In this document: piece by piece, positions 23,376-36,040 of the stretch | Layout: each line of letters begins with the position of its first letter | How positions within the stretch are numbered: position 1 is the first letter of the stretch | Source: Glaucostegus cemiculus | Lineage: Eukaryota | Assembly: GCA_976551045.1 (NCBI GenBank) | Contig: CDPCPM010000061.1 | Coordinates: 1,364,001 to 1,428,000 of the forward strand | Reading direction: 5' to 3' | Length of the DNA: 64,000 nucleotides | Translations under genes and position numbers: made by a program | Notes under the pieces: model-generated | What the model saw: the letters and a program-made list of their open reading frames with translations, nothing else | The model's database searches: none | What the model was told of the DNA's origin: nothing

Positions 23376-25098
23376 GTATGGGTATGGGCCTTCTTCCTCT
23401 GGATGGGTTGTGCTTTGTTATTCCACTATTCACTAACAGTGTCTCAGTGTGCATGTGTCAAGTTATCCTGTTGGTCACATGACACATTTGGCATTCGCCA
23501 ACAGCAATCCCAAGTTATAGACTTGAGATTACGCAACTGAAATTTCACCTCAGATCCAAATGGTGGACGCAAAGTTGCATTGGGCTTCCAAATATTGACT
23601 TCACCGTAAACAAATTTGAGAAGTGAAATACAATGCACAGTTGCCACAATATTATGCATTTAACCCTTGCAACTGAGGATGGCTAGCACTCTAAAGTGAC
23701 ATTCCTGGGCTGGTATTTTCATCAATGATTCTCATTGGATGAAATAGCCCCACCCCCATGTCCTAACGATGGCTGTGGGACATACCAGGAATGACCGTTT
23801 CTTTTGTTTTAGTTTGTAGCTGTTAGTTAGTTCCTATAAATTCCATAAAATAACCAAGTAAATTTTGGAGATGGAGTGTGTGTACAGAATGGAGATTTAT
23901 AGCATCCAAATTTCCTGGTGATTTGTTTCCAATGGATTTACCAATGCAAGCTCTTGTGTTTTTTAAGAGGAGCTGGTTGTTACCTCAGTATACTTGGTTC
24001 TTGATTTGAAGGTGTTTCCTAGAACTTGAGAGCAATGGATTTGTTAAAAAGCCTTAGAGGATGCTACATCTGTTCAGAAAGTAGCTGGATGCTGTAGGTT
24101 CCTTGATTAATGTAATAGAAGAATGTGGACGAAACTTTGAGGATAACAGCACAGACACATTGGACAATGGCTGGAATCTGTACTGACTCCAGCTGAGAGA
24201 AAATTCAGGCCCGGACGTGTTAACAGACAGCCATTTGTAACCCAACAGATCAAAGGCCCAAAGGTAAAGAGCTGACTGTTGAGGAAGACCTATATTTTTC
24301 AGTACACTATTGAATTTGTAACGAGCTTAGTCAGCACTGGATCTCCTCCACTAATGACCCAGAGATAAATGTAGGAAATGCTACTGATCATTTAGACCTA
24401 GGAGGTCCTTGGTTCAACCTGTGCTATCTTTTCTTCTTCTAGTAGGCCAAGGGTGGCATGGACAACTCAGCTGAGACCAGCTAATGCAGCACAGCCCAAT
24501 CAATGACCCAGGGACTCAATAACATGTCACATTAGGTCACCTTTTATAGACTAGGTAGAAAGTGCAATGCTGACCACATGTTATTCTTAACTGTGTTTAA
24601 ATGGATTGTCATGAAACTGAGAATAGTTACCACAGCATCCATAGTTTATTTCTAAATACTGCAATAGCTCCTGGCAGAAATATTTGGAAAAATCCTTATT
24701 TTTTTACATCATGACACCACTAGAAGGATTAATTGCAGAATTGTTCAGTGATTTAGGAGGGAATTGGGTCAGCACTTGAGAGAGAATTTGCCGGGTTACA
24801 GGGAAGATGGCATTGCTCTTCTGGTATCTCCATAGATACAATGGGTCAGTTGACACCCTCCTCTGCCACCACAGTTCTACATTTAGTGATGTGATATACA
24901 AATTAATGAGTAGGTTTGTAAAACTGCTGCCTAGTTGATGTACTGTACAAAATGAGATTGTTATAAATCATTCCTTAGTACCTTTGATTTGTTCCATAAA
25001 TGGGTCCCACTTTTGCTTGCAACCTTGCAGTCAAATGATAATGTGGGCCAAGGATCAAGACAATGGATCTCCTTGGTATTAAAACTGAATTCAATAAT

Positions 25099-25345
25099 CG
25101 TGTAGCAGTTAGCGTAATGCTATTACAGTGCCAGCGATTGGGGTTCAATTCCCGCTGCTGTCTGTAAGGAGTTTGTAGGTTCTCCCTCTGACTGCGTGGG
25201 TTTCCTCTGGGTGCTCCGGTTTCCTCCCACATTCCAAAGACGTACGGGTTAATAGGTTAACACGGGTGTAACCGGGTGCTGTGGGCTCACTGGGCCAGAA
25301 GGGCCTGTTACTGTGCTGTATAAATCAAGTTTTTAAAGTTTTAAA
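25099..25345 (+). mobile_element. V-SINE with CR1-like tail
   Basis: tRNA-like head, V-domain, tail gggccagaagggcctgttactgtgctgta. Confidence 0.88.
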
Positions 25346-25871
25346 TCCATAACATATACTTCTGATCAGCACTTAGTGAGGTGGCACCACAAGCAGATAG
25401 TTTTGCAAAAGCAAAGCAAACAAAAAAATTATCTAGCTTCTTCGAAAATAATAATAATTCAGCTCTGCCCTGTTAGCAGGCCAGATGTCACTTACCTGAT
25501 TAGCATTTCCTTGGCTCTACTTTCTGTCTCTCGCCAAGTCTTCCAGACATTCCCAGGCCAAGTTGTTCTTTTCTTTCTCCCCTTATTAAGTGTCTTGATA
25601 ATTTAAACTTTTGATACTGCAAAGCAGTCAATATTGAATTAACCTCTTCACATTTCCCTCTCCTTGTTCGTTAATGTGATGCCTCACAAGGCACTTGTAC
25701 TTTGAAGTCAGGAGGTCTCTCCATTGAGGTTACCAGTGTGCATCGCACAAGGATTGTTACATTTACTGCAGATTGTGCCTGGTGTGGTTAACACATCCGA
25801 GATATTTATCAGTAACTAATGTAACTAATTACAAACATCCCCTAATGAAGTGTGCAATGGGTCCCTGACCT

Positions 25872-26365
25872 TATAGAACAGTACAGCACAGAACAGGCCC
25901 TTTGGCCCACAATATTGTGCCGACATAGCTATTCCCTCCTACCTACAGAATGCCCATATCCCTCGATTTTCCTCGCCTTCATGTGCCCATCCAAGCCCCT
26001 CTTAAAAGTCCCCAATGAATTTGCCTCCACCACCCTATCAGGCAACACATTCCAGGCATCCACCACTCTTTGAGTAAAAAACATACCCCTCATGTCTGTT
26101 CTGAACCTGCCCCCTCTCACCTTAAATGCATGCCCAATGGTATGGGGTTGCTCAATAATGGGACAAAGATATTGCTTGCCCACCCTACCTATGCCCCTCA
26201 ATTTTATACACTTCCAACAGATCACCCCTCAGCCTCCATCACTCCAGAGAAAAGAGCCCAAGTTTATCCAGCCTCTCCTGATATCACATGCCCTTTAATC
26301 CAGGCAGCATCCTAGTAAACCTCCTCTGCACCCTCTCTAAAGCCTCGACATCCTTCCTATAGTAT
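25872..26365 (-). mobile_element. CR1 LINE 3' fragment
   Basis: Peptide GHAFKVRGGRFRTDMRGMFFTQRVVDAWNVLP. Confidence 0.9.
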
Positions 26366-27639
26366 ATTTGTCCTATGGCATTGCTGTTGAATAAAACAGC
26401 TTTTCTCCCACCAACAACCCTACAACATAGTTAACTTATCCCGGACATTTATCAGTAACTGATGACAATTATTTCTTAAAGAAGGGAGGGGTGTATGATG
26501 TGTCCATGACCTTATAATTAGCCCTTTAGCTTTACTGGTGACCAAAGCAGCACTTACTCCCACCAACAACCCTCTGCTCTCCTCAAATAAATAGGCCTTT
26601 GGAACATGGAAGCTGTTGAAGTCTGTGGAGTAAATAAAAGGACTAAACTGTCTTCTACTGGCATGCTCTGCAGGAAGCATAGGTTCATCTAGCTTCTTGG
26701 AAGCTGGATTTAGTGGATTTAACCTCCTGAAGCTGAGTGTTAACTTAATATAGTCACTTTCATATAAATTATGTCAAGATCCTAGGGTTGTCAAATAGAA
26801 ATCCTGCCGTGTTTAACCTTCATACCCTTGTTGTTTCTGATTTTATCGCAAGTGCTTCACCACCTTAATTTGCTTCTACACTAATAAGACGCGCATTTAT
26901 AAAGTGCTTTCTCTCATTGCAACATCTCAATGCTTCACACAGTGAATTATTTGCACCAGAGGTTAACAACCGTGACATGATTAGTGCAAGTTCACCAGGA
27001 GATAATTGTAATTAGTTACTGATAAATGTTTAGGATACGTTAAGCATGTCATGTGTAATCTGCAATAATTCCAATAATCCTTTTTTTTATGTGGTATGCA
27101 CACTGGCAACCTTAAAGGAGACACTTTCTTACTTTTAAATCTACTATCACCTTGTGAGTTATTGTATTAAAGAACAGGAACCTGGGGTAACATTGTGAGT
27201 TGATGCATTAGCCCAGAATTAGTTGACAATAACAACAAGTGTAATGTTAAGGTGTTACTGCTGCATAAATAACCTAGCAACCGCTGGCCAGATACTGGTC
27301 TGGGTAGAAAATTACCACATGATTTCTACGTGCTGTGAAAAGGTGAACTCATTTCGAAGACGCGGCACTCCAAATGCAAATTAAACTTGATATAGCAGGT
27401 TAGGTTTACTCTTTCATGGGATAAGAACTCCTAGTAGTGTTCTGACAATGTCTTGTGGTAGCCTGCTTCCATCCTGGCTTGAAACTCAACCCAGATATGG
27501 AACCATTAAAATCCTACAGTCTGACTCTGCAAGTGGGAAAGTTACTTGACGGACTTACCACGACGTGGAAGGAGGTTGATTGGCCCATCGTGTCTACATT
27601 AGTTCTGTCTCAAATAAATGAAAATACTTACCAAAACTA

Positions 27640-28000
27640 ACCTTTTAAATTAATGCAGCCGTTGCTGGATGCCTGGCCTACAGCTGGGGTTTTGATGTGC
27701 AGTGTTCCCAAAACCACGACTCCGTCGTTGAAGGGATGTTGCAAAAACATTGCACAATTCCAGGCTGCAGTGTGTCAGTGTGGAAGCCCGGAGCATGTAT
27801 TGTGCACACAACAGCTTGTTACCAATTCTCTAAAGAACTATGGACTAGCCATCAGCATGTTGTGGCCTGGTATCTTTTGCCCAGACACTGGACGTCGGGA
27901 TGTGGTCCAAACTGCTGCTCCACCACTGGACAGCGAAGACCCTCTGGCAGATGGAATCGAGCTTCACACCACCACCTATCAGGTCCCTTGTAGTCTGTCC
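27640..28000 (+). mobile_element. Possible ancient LINE C-terminal remnant (clade uncertain)
   Basis: Cys/His-containing degenerate peptides (CQCGSPEH) reminiscent of LINE zinc-knuckle ends; weak evidence. Confidence 0.25.
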
Positions 28001-28079
28001 ACTGGTTTTAACTTGCCCTTTTGATGATGGGGTTTACTGAACCAGACAGATGTTGGTCTTAGTTGGTCTACAGCTGTAA

Positions 28080-28362
28080 CAAAAGATAAGATTTCTTTAT
28101 TAGTCACATTGAAACACACAGTGAAATGCACCTTTTGCGTAGAGTGTTCTGGGGGCAGCCCGCGAGTGTCACTGCTCTTCCGGCGCCAACATAGCACACC
28201 CACAACCTCCTAACCAGTAGGTCTTTGGAATATGGGAGGAAACCAGAGCACCCAGAGGAAACCCATGTAAACACGGGGAGAACATACAAACTCCTTACAG
28301 ACAGCGGCCGGAATTGAACCCAGGTCGCTGGTGCTGTAACAGCTTTCCACTAACTGCTACAC
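28080..28362 (-). mobile_element. V-SINE with Rex1-like tail
   Basis: Reverse complement of the 14844-15135 and 61442-61738 type. Confidence 0.88.
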
Positions 28363-29654
28363 TACACACAGGTCACATCACGTATTGTGACTGTCCATGT
28401 AAACCAGAGAAAATAACTCTAATGGGAAAGTCACTTTCCTTTAAACGCCAGACCTATAAACCAAAGCAGAATGCACCTGATTATTCATTACCTGGGAATT
28501 TATCCAAAAGAATCTCCATGATTCTTGCATTAAATTAAGTTAACCATCTTTTCTCCAAGAATAATCCTTTGATATCTGTTGTGTACCACTGCTGCTCAGA
28601 TTTTTAATAGTCACTTACAGGATATAGGTGTTGCTGGTGAGACTGTCTGTCATTTGTTGACCATCACCAGTTGCCCTGGAGAAGTTGTGTTGAGCCTTCC
28701 TGATAGGACTGAATGGCCAACCATTTTAAGACTCATGTTGGTGTGGTCTGGGCTCACATATGGGCCAAACAGATGAAGGGTGTCATAAAAAGCAGATGGG
28801 TTTTTGTTACAGTTTTCTAAGTTTCATGGTCAGCATTGCTCAGATTATTTTTGTTATGATTCCAGATGATTATGCCAAGTTTAAAATCCCCATCTGTCAG
28901 GTTGGGATTTGTACTCCTGTCTTTGGATAATTAGTCCTGCCCTCTGGATAACTTAAAAATGATAATTTTATAATTAGGTTCTAATTTAACTGCCATGTTA
29001 ACCAGCAAGTTAGAGTACATCTAAAGGAAGAACTGTATTCAGTTGGTCTGTGGTGCTTTTGAGGTCCAAGCACAAATTAGAGTAAAGTTTACTTTTATTA
29101 TAACATAAAAACACCATTTATTCAACAGCCCTGTATTCCTGATGTGTGTGCCCTGGGAGTGTAAGGTTTCATTCCATCTACACTGAGCATTTAACAGAAT
29201 GATCCATCTAGCTAATCACTTCGGCTCTATTTTGGGACCTAATCTGACCAATAATCCTTGTGCCTTTTGTTAACCTGTGCCTGCTCTCCTCTAAATCTTT
29301 GCTGAATCAGGAATTGATCCATTTCCCCCTTGAATACCAGCATACACACCACCCTGTGACAATCTATAGTGTACAACAGGCCAATCTATAGTGTAAAGCA
29401 AACTGAGTTGCTTGTTACTCTGAATACAATTCATTTTGTTCATCCTCTCACCCTCTCAATATCTAACCCTTTTATGTAGAATCGCTAGAAGAATTTCAAA
29501 AAGGTGAAAACCCACCCTAACATTAAATGTGGAAATTCCTCTCCTGGTTAAAAATTTGGACTGTTGGACATTGATAATCCTTGGATTTAGAGGCATCAAG
29601 CAGTCAGGCTATCTTACTGGAGACAACAGCACAGTAACGAGTACTACAATTGTT

Positions 29655-29940
29655 AGTACAACGGCTGCCTCACAGCTTCAGTGATTTGCATTCAGTCCTG
29701 ATTTCCAGTGCTGTCTGTGTGGAGTTTGCATGTTCTCCCTGCAGCTGCATGGATTCCCTCCAGTTTCCTCCTTCATTCCAAAAATGTGCAGGCCGGTAGG
29801 ATAGCTGGCCGTGATAAATTGCCCCTCGTGTGTAAGTGGGTGGAAATTATCTTGGGGAAGTTGAGGGGAATGGGATTAGTGTAGATGGTTGGCATGGACT
29901 TGATGGGCTAAAGATCCCTGTTGTTGTACTGTATAACCAA
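29655..29940 (+). mobile_element. V-SINE, older copy with CR1-like tail
   Basis: gctgcctcacagc head, tgtgtggagtttgcatgttctccc V-domain. Confidence 0.75.
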
Positions 29941-30984
29941 GACAGGATGACTCACACTGCTGTGTATTTGCTTGTATAATTGTAAGGATGTGTAAATCTA
30001 TTCCCCTTAATATATGAGCTGGAGTTCATGCCTTTGCCTGCAGACCATGTAAAGGAGTCACTAATCTGCTTTGCTTCATGGTATAGTGAACACACAAAAG
30101 ATAAGTGGGGTCAGCTTTGTATTAGATATAAAAAATAATGCACTTGCATTACTGCCTCACGTTAGCGGATAATTTTACTCAATTTCAACAGGATAATTCC
30201 TTTGCTTTCTGCTCCACAGTCCCTGGGCTACATTCTCTCCGATCTGTGCTTTATAGCTTTTTCTCACCGCAGCTTCCTGCTTCTAAAAAGCAGATTGTCC
30301 TCTGGACCTGTCAGGAAGAGAATAAACAAAAACTTTTCAGAAGAACAGGAGTGAAATGTTGATCTGTTCCAGAGACAAGCCACTGGGTTGCCTAAGTCCT
30401 GGGGAGACCAGCTTCCAACAGGCATACTTACTACTTTTTATCTGATTTTAGATTCACATGAAGCATGGAGTTGCCCTGAGCTGTTAACGCTTCTAAACCA
30501 AGTTTTAACTAAACATCTTAATTAATTTGTATCTTGATCAGTTCGATGGGGAAAATGAGCATTGATCCATGAAATACTGTATGCCAGTGCCTTTGAGCAA
30601 AATCTTGTTTTAACCAGAATTTAAACTTTATTTAAGAGAGAGAATTAATAGTGACCCTTTTTTGTTAGGGTTTAATGCAAAAAAAATTCCAACTGCACTT
30701 TCAAACGGATTGGCTAGAGCTGGCAATGTCCATCAACAAATGATTTTTCATCCCAGTTGGCTTATTGTTCTTTTTATCTGTAACATAGACCGTCTGTGGT
30801 GTAGGAAACCTGGGTGCTTTCCTTGCCGTTGCTTTGCAGATTGTAAGCCCAATAATTTTGGCACAACTTAATAATAATTTTCTGTAACTGTACGTACAAC
30901 AACAATCTGATACAAAATGTATCAGATAACATTGTTAGGGGATCTCAGATGGAGATACTGCTTCACTGCTCTGTGCAGAGACGT

Positions 30985-32250
30985 GACAAGTTGTACAAGA
31001 TGTTGGTGAGGCCACATTTGGAATATTATGTTCAGTTTTGGTCACCCTGCCATAGAAAAGATGCCCTTAAGCTGGAAAGAGTGTGGAAGAGATTTACGAG
31101 GATGCTGTTGGGATTCGAGCGACTGAGTTATGGAGGGAGGTTGAATGGGTTGTGACATTATCCACTGCATAGGAGAATGAGGCATGATCTTATCAAGGTG
31201 TATAAAATCATGACGGGCATAGATAGGGTGAATGCGCACATTCTTTTTTCCAGGCTTGGGGAATCAAGAACTAGAGGACATGGGTTTAGGGTGTGAGGGT
31301 TAATAGGAATCTGCTGGGCAACCTTTTCACCCAGAGAGTGGTGGGTATGTGGAACGAGCTGCCAGAGGATGTGGTTGAGGCAGGTGCATTAACAACATTT
31401 AACGTGAACTTGGTTGCAGGTACATGGTTGGGAAAGGCTGAGAGGAATATCACAAGATCACAAGACAAGGGAGCAGAAGTAGGCCATTCAGCCCTTCGAG
31501 TCTGCTCCATGAGAAGAGAAAAGATAACATATCTATCTCCAATTTCCAGCCTTATCCTCATATCCCTTGATACCTTGATTAATTAGGTACCTATCCAACT
31601 CCCCTTTAAATGCCCCCACTGACTGAGCCTCTACAGCTGTATGTGGCAGAGAATTCCACAATTCCACCACCCTCTGACTAAAGTAATTTCTCCTCATCTC
31701 TGTTTTAAACTGATTCCCTCTGATTCTAAGTCTGTGCCCTCTAGTCTTGGACTCACCCACCAAGGGAAACAGCCTAGCCACATCTACTCTATCCATTCCT
31801 TTCAACATCCTAAACACTTCTATGAGGTCCCCCCTCATTCTTCTGTACTCCAATGAGTACAGTCCAAGAGCCGATAAACGCTCATCATAGGTAAGCCCTT
31901 TCATACCAGGAATCATCCTTGTAAACCTCCTCTGAACCCTCTCCAACATCAGCACATCCCTTCTAAGGTCTGGGGCCCAAAACTGCACACAGTATTCCAA
32001 ATGAGGACGTACCAGTGCTCCATAGAGCCTCATCATCACTTCCCTACTTCTATACACTATACCTCGCGAAATGAACGCCAACATAGCATTCGCTTTCTTT
32101 ATCGCCGATCCGACCTGGTGGTTGACTTTTAGGGTGTCCTGCATGAAATATGGGCCAATGGAACTAGCTTAGCTGGGAATCTTGGTCACGTGGATCTGTT
32201 GGGACCTGTTACAAGGGGCCTGTTTCCATGCTGTATGACTCTGTGACTCT
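30985..32250 (+). mobile_element. CR1 3' fragment (host), split by an antisense CR1 insertion
   Basis: Peptide LYKMLVRPHLEYYVQFWSP. The host 3' end resumes at about 32147 and ends tgctgtatgactctgtgactct. Confidence 0.88.
31451..32146 (-). mobile_element. Young CR1 3' fragment with an uninterrupted 203-aa ORF2 piece
   Basis: ORF 31533-32144 ([19 protein letters not shown]...FSQRVVELWNSLP); short (atcttgtg)n tail; flanked by aatat repeats. Confidence 0.93.
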
Positions 32251-33604
32251 AAGCTATTGATTTGTTGCTGCAACAATCTGATGACCTAACAAGGTTTCCA
32301 AATCAAAAATGGTGTTGTTTCCATTGGCAGTTAGGTGGTTATCCTCTCAAGGCAAATGTCAGAGGTAAAGCTATGAACAAAACATCCTATTTTGGAGATG
32401 GCTGACTCCCAGCTAACAGCAGTGGCTGATACAACAATGTTTCAAAAGTAATACCGCAAGGTCTATGTAGTTCATCTACACTCCAAATGGGAAACACGTT
32501 GCCATTTCTGATGTGGTTGCATTACAGAAATATGAATGAACTACCTGTGAACTACCTGTGAAAACAAGAGGCTTAGGGCAACATTTGCTTCTCATTGTGC
32601 AACTGCATTTTTGACCAAAGGTTCTGGAGTCAGGTGGTAATGGGGTGCACCTGACTGTGTCTGGTGATTCTGAAGGGAGCTACATTCACAGTGGAGCGAG
32701 TCTTAGACTTCAGTCTGAAACTGACTGACGATAGACTTTGGGGCACTTTGTCACCATGTCTCGCTGCTGAACGCCAGCTAGCAAGGACTTAAGGAGCTTA
32801 TAGAGTCATTGGACGTTTACAACACAGTAAAACCATCACCTATGTTAGAGTTATTCAGCCGAATTTCACCTTCCAGCACTGGGTCTGCAGCTCTGCAGGT
32901 CACAGCTCTTCAAGTACACATACAAGTATTGTATGGACATGAGCAGGGTTTCATCCCACTACCCTTTCAGGCAGTGAGTAACAGAATGAGGCTTCTCATC
33001 CTGTAGAAAGGTAGATTATTGTTACACTTATAGTAATTTTAGATAATTTGGCAAACTTTATTTTTTTTAAATTAGTTACTTAGATTTTTTTAAATGTCTC
33101 CAACATTTTCAGCTTTAACAGAAAGCAAATCTCTGGTCCTGGTTTTGCTGCCTGTCAGTGGTTGCTCTGGGGCTTGAACCTGAAGACCTCAGGTGCTGAG
33201 GTCCATCCAGATCCGCTTGGGCAAGTATGAGCAGTTTGTGATCCCGATCCAGCCCATGACTTTCCCTGTGACTGGCCCCAACTTAGAGCAACGGTGTCCA
33301 GCAACTTGAGTATTTCATCTCCTGCTAAAACAAATTCTAAAGATAGCAGCTTGTAGAAGATAAAAAGACCAGCAGCACATTTCAAATGTTGAATATAAAC
33401 ATGACCATTCATATAAAGCTGTCAACATTGCTGAATCATAAACAGACAGCTATATCTCTTGTGAAATGACCTCCATAACCTGCGAGCTATTAATTTGTTT
33501 TGACCTATAAGCGGAGTACTGTATTGTTCTTTCCATTTTCTTCTGATCAAGTTAAACAAAAACTTATCTTGGCTCTTGGCAGGGTTTTCCAGTTGCTACA
33601 TTTA

Positions 33605-34100
33605 GAAGAGAGAACAGTACAGCACTGGAACAGGCTCTTCGGCCCACGATGTTGTGCCAAATGAATTAAGCTAATGAAGCCTAATTAAACTAATTCCTTC
33701 TGCATGCACATCGTCCAAATCCCTCCACTCTTTGCATATTCCATGTGCCTATCTAAGAGCTTCTTAAACACCTCTAACATGTCTGCCTCCTACACTATCC
33801 CCGGCAGTGCATTATAGGCACCCACCACTCTCTGTGTGAAAAAAAAACCTTGCCCCGCACATCTCCTTTGAACTTTCCCCCTCTCACCTTAAATGTGTGT
33901 AGTATTAGACGTTTTGACCCTGGGGGACAAATGATACCAGCTAGCTACTCTATCTATGATTCTCATAATTTTATAAACTTCTATCAAGTCTCTTCTCAGC
34001 CTCCATCGCTCCAGAGAAAACACCCCAAGTTTATCCAACCTCGCCTTATAACACATGCCCTCTAATCCAAGGATCCTCCTGGTAAACGTCTTCTGTGCAA
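33605..34100 (-). mobile_element. CR1 LINE 3' fragment
   Basis: Peptide RLDKLGVFSLERWRLRRDLIEVYKIM. Confidence 0.9.
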
Positions 34101-35194
34101 TGTTTAAGGGAGAACTTGAGTTTCCACCTGTACACTCAGCATTAGCTGCAGGCTCCACTGGTGATTAGATTGGCATTAATTCCCTTGCTGAATTCCAGCC
34201 AGAAAGCACCTGAGCTCAGAAAATTCATTACTGGCCTGGTACATGAGCCAAACATGTCTCGGCCAAGACACGATTCCTCGTTACCCCGGCTTGTTACAGG
34301 TCGCTTGGTGACAAAGCCACAGTTGTTTAATCATTTGACACCACCAGCCTTGAGCTGTCAGTGTTGAGTGGACACTTGATTGTACCCTGCTAACCCAAAC
34401 CAAAATACTTGCACGCTGTGAATGCATCCAGGTTCGCAAAGGCGCACGTCATCTGTATGCTCAGTAGCAATGCAAGCCACTGAGCACCTTGCTATTAAGT
34501 ATTGGACTTGTTGGCAGGGGTTGTTTATGCTTATGTGATGTGTGATTTCTGCTGACAGCAGCTGAATGACAGTGGTAATTTTCATAATAATAACTTCGCT
34601 GAAGTTTTTCTTTCAAGGACAACAAGCAGTTTCCATTATTGTCTTGTATTCCTGGGGGCGGAGGGTTGGAGCGTGGAGAGAGAAACACCTCATGGGAAGG
34701 AGCCACGCAGTGTAGGATCCAGCGCTTTATTTCAGCTAATGCGAGCCGGTGGTGGTGAAGAGGGGTTTGGGCCTGTGACTGTAGTCCCTATCCAGTTACC
34801 AGGCATTGGGCATTGACAAAGACAGGTTAACCTTGGGTATGTTAACCTTCCCCTCCACCAGCCAATCTTATTAGGTCCTTGTGCTTGGGACACTCCAACG
34901 TGGGTAGCAATGTTGTCACTGCTGCCCTTCGGAAAGGAAGAGAAGAAAATTAAAGAGAAACTTATAATGAACATCTCATTAGATGGGGACCATGGACAAA
35001 TGAGTCCAAGCTTAAAGTAATTTTAAGCTTGTTCTCCTTTGTAGCTAATTAACAAAAACCTTGTCTTTGTTTAGAAACTGTAAATATTTGATGAATTGCT
35101 GCTCCGTATTGGTGCTATTGAAAGTATTACCTGTGTGTTCTCTTTCTTGTGTCTTTTGTACTCTCCTGTTTACCAATTTCTCATTCATTATTAG

Positions 35195-35278
35195 TTAAAC
35201 CTGGCAAATTGCTCCCTTTGGTTTCATTCAGTCAGGAAAAAAACATTGGAGCCAACATCCCAATGATAACTGAATTGG
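35195..35278 (+). CDS. KCNMA1: Alternative cassette exon (Ca27-type insert, 28 aa): (V)KPGKLLPLVSFSQEKNIGANIPMITEL
   Basis: Matches the known vertebrate insert AKPGKL(L)PLVS..QEKN.G...MITEL. Acceptor ttcattattag, donor TTGG|gtaagc, 84 nt, phase 1-1. Not in the ORF track. Confidence 0.94.
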
Positions 35279-35773
35279 GTAAGCAGCCCCTTTCTCTTCT
35301 TAAACAGCCTCACCTTGCTCCATAGCTCCTCTTTTCATTTGGCTGAGAGGGATTTCTCCACTGTCGCACTCTTTCTTTCGCTAGCTGTGATTGACGTTGC
35401 CTGCCTTGGCTGTGTCCTTTGAATTTTTTTTTCTCCTAACAGTTATTATTTTCACAGAGCGTCCCTTGTTCCCCTTGCCCTCTGTCCTTGCAGTTTTTTT
35501 TCCATAGTATTGTGGCTCACAGTTTGCTGTAGCGTCTTCATCAGCCTCTGTCATGCTGACTGATGATTCTTTCTAAAGCTCGCCTCAAAAAGTCTGAGAA
35601 AGGGGAAAAGGACTTAAGAACAAATTCTTTATTTCTGCTAGATTTACTCTCTGAAGGCAAACTCGGGGTTGTAAAATGGAGACTAACTTCCAGTTGCTTG
35701 TCACTGTGCATGGAATTATTAAATAAATTAGAAGCAAAGTTTAGGCATTGGAGTCTTTTAAAGCCGCTGGTGA

Positions 35774-36040
<267 letters not shown>

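Noticed and set aside
29361-29396. Small direct duplications (caatctatagtgta twice; also gaactacctgt twice at about 32538-32560)
   Set aside because: Ordinary slippage-type micro-duplications.
30905-30927. 10-bp hairpin atctgataca-aaa-tgtatcagat
   Set aside because: Short and AT-rich, with no functional context.
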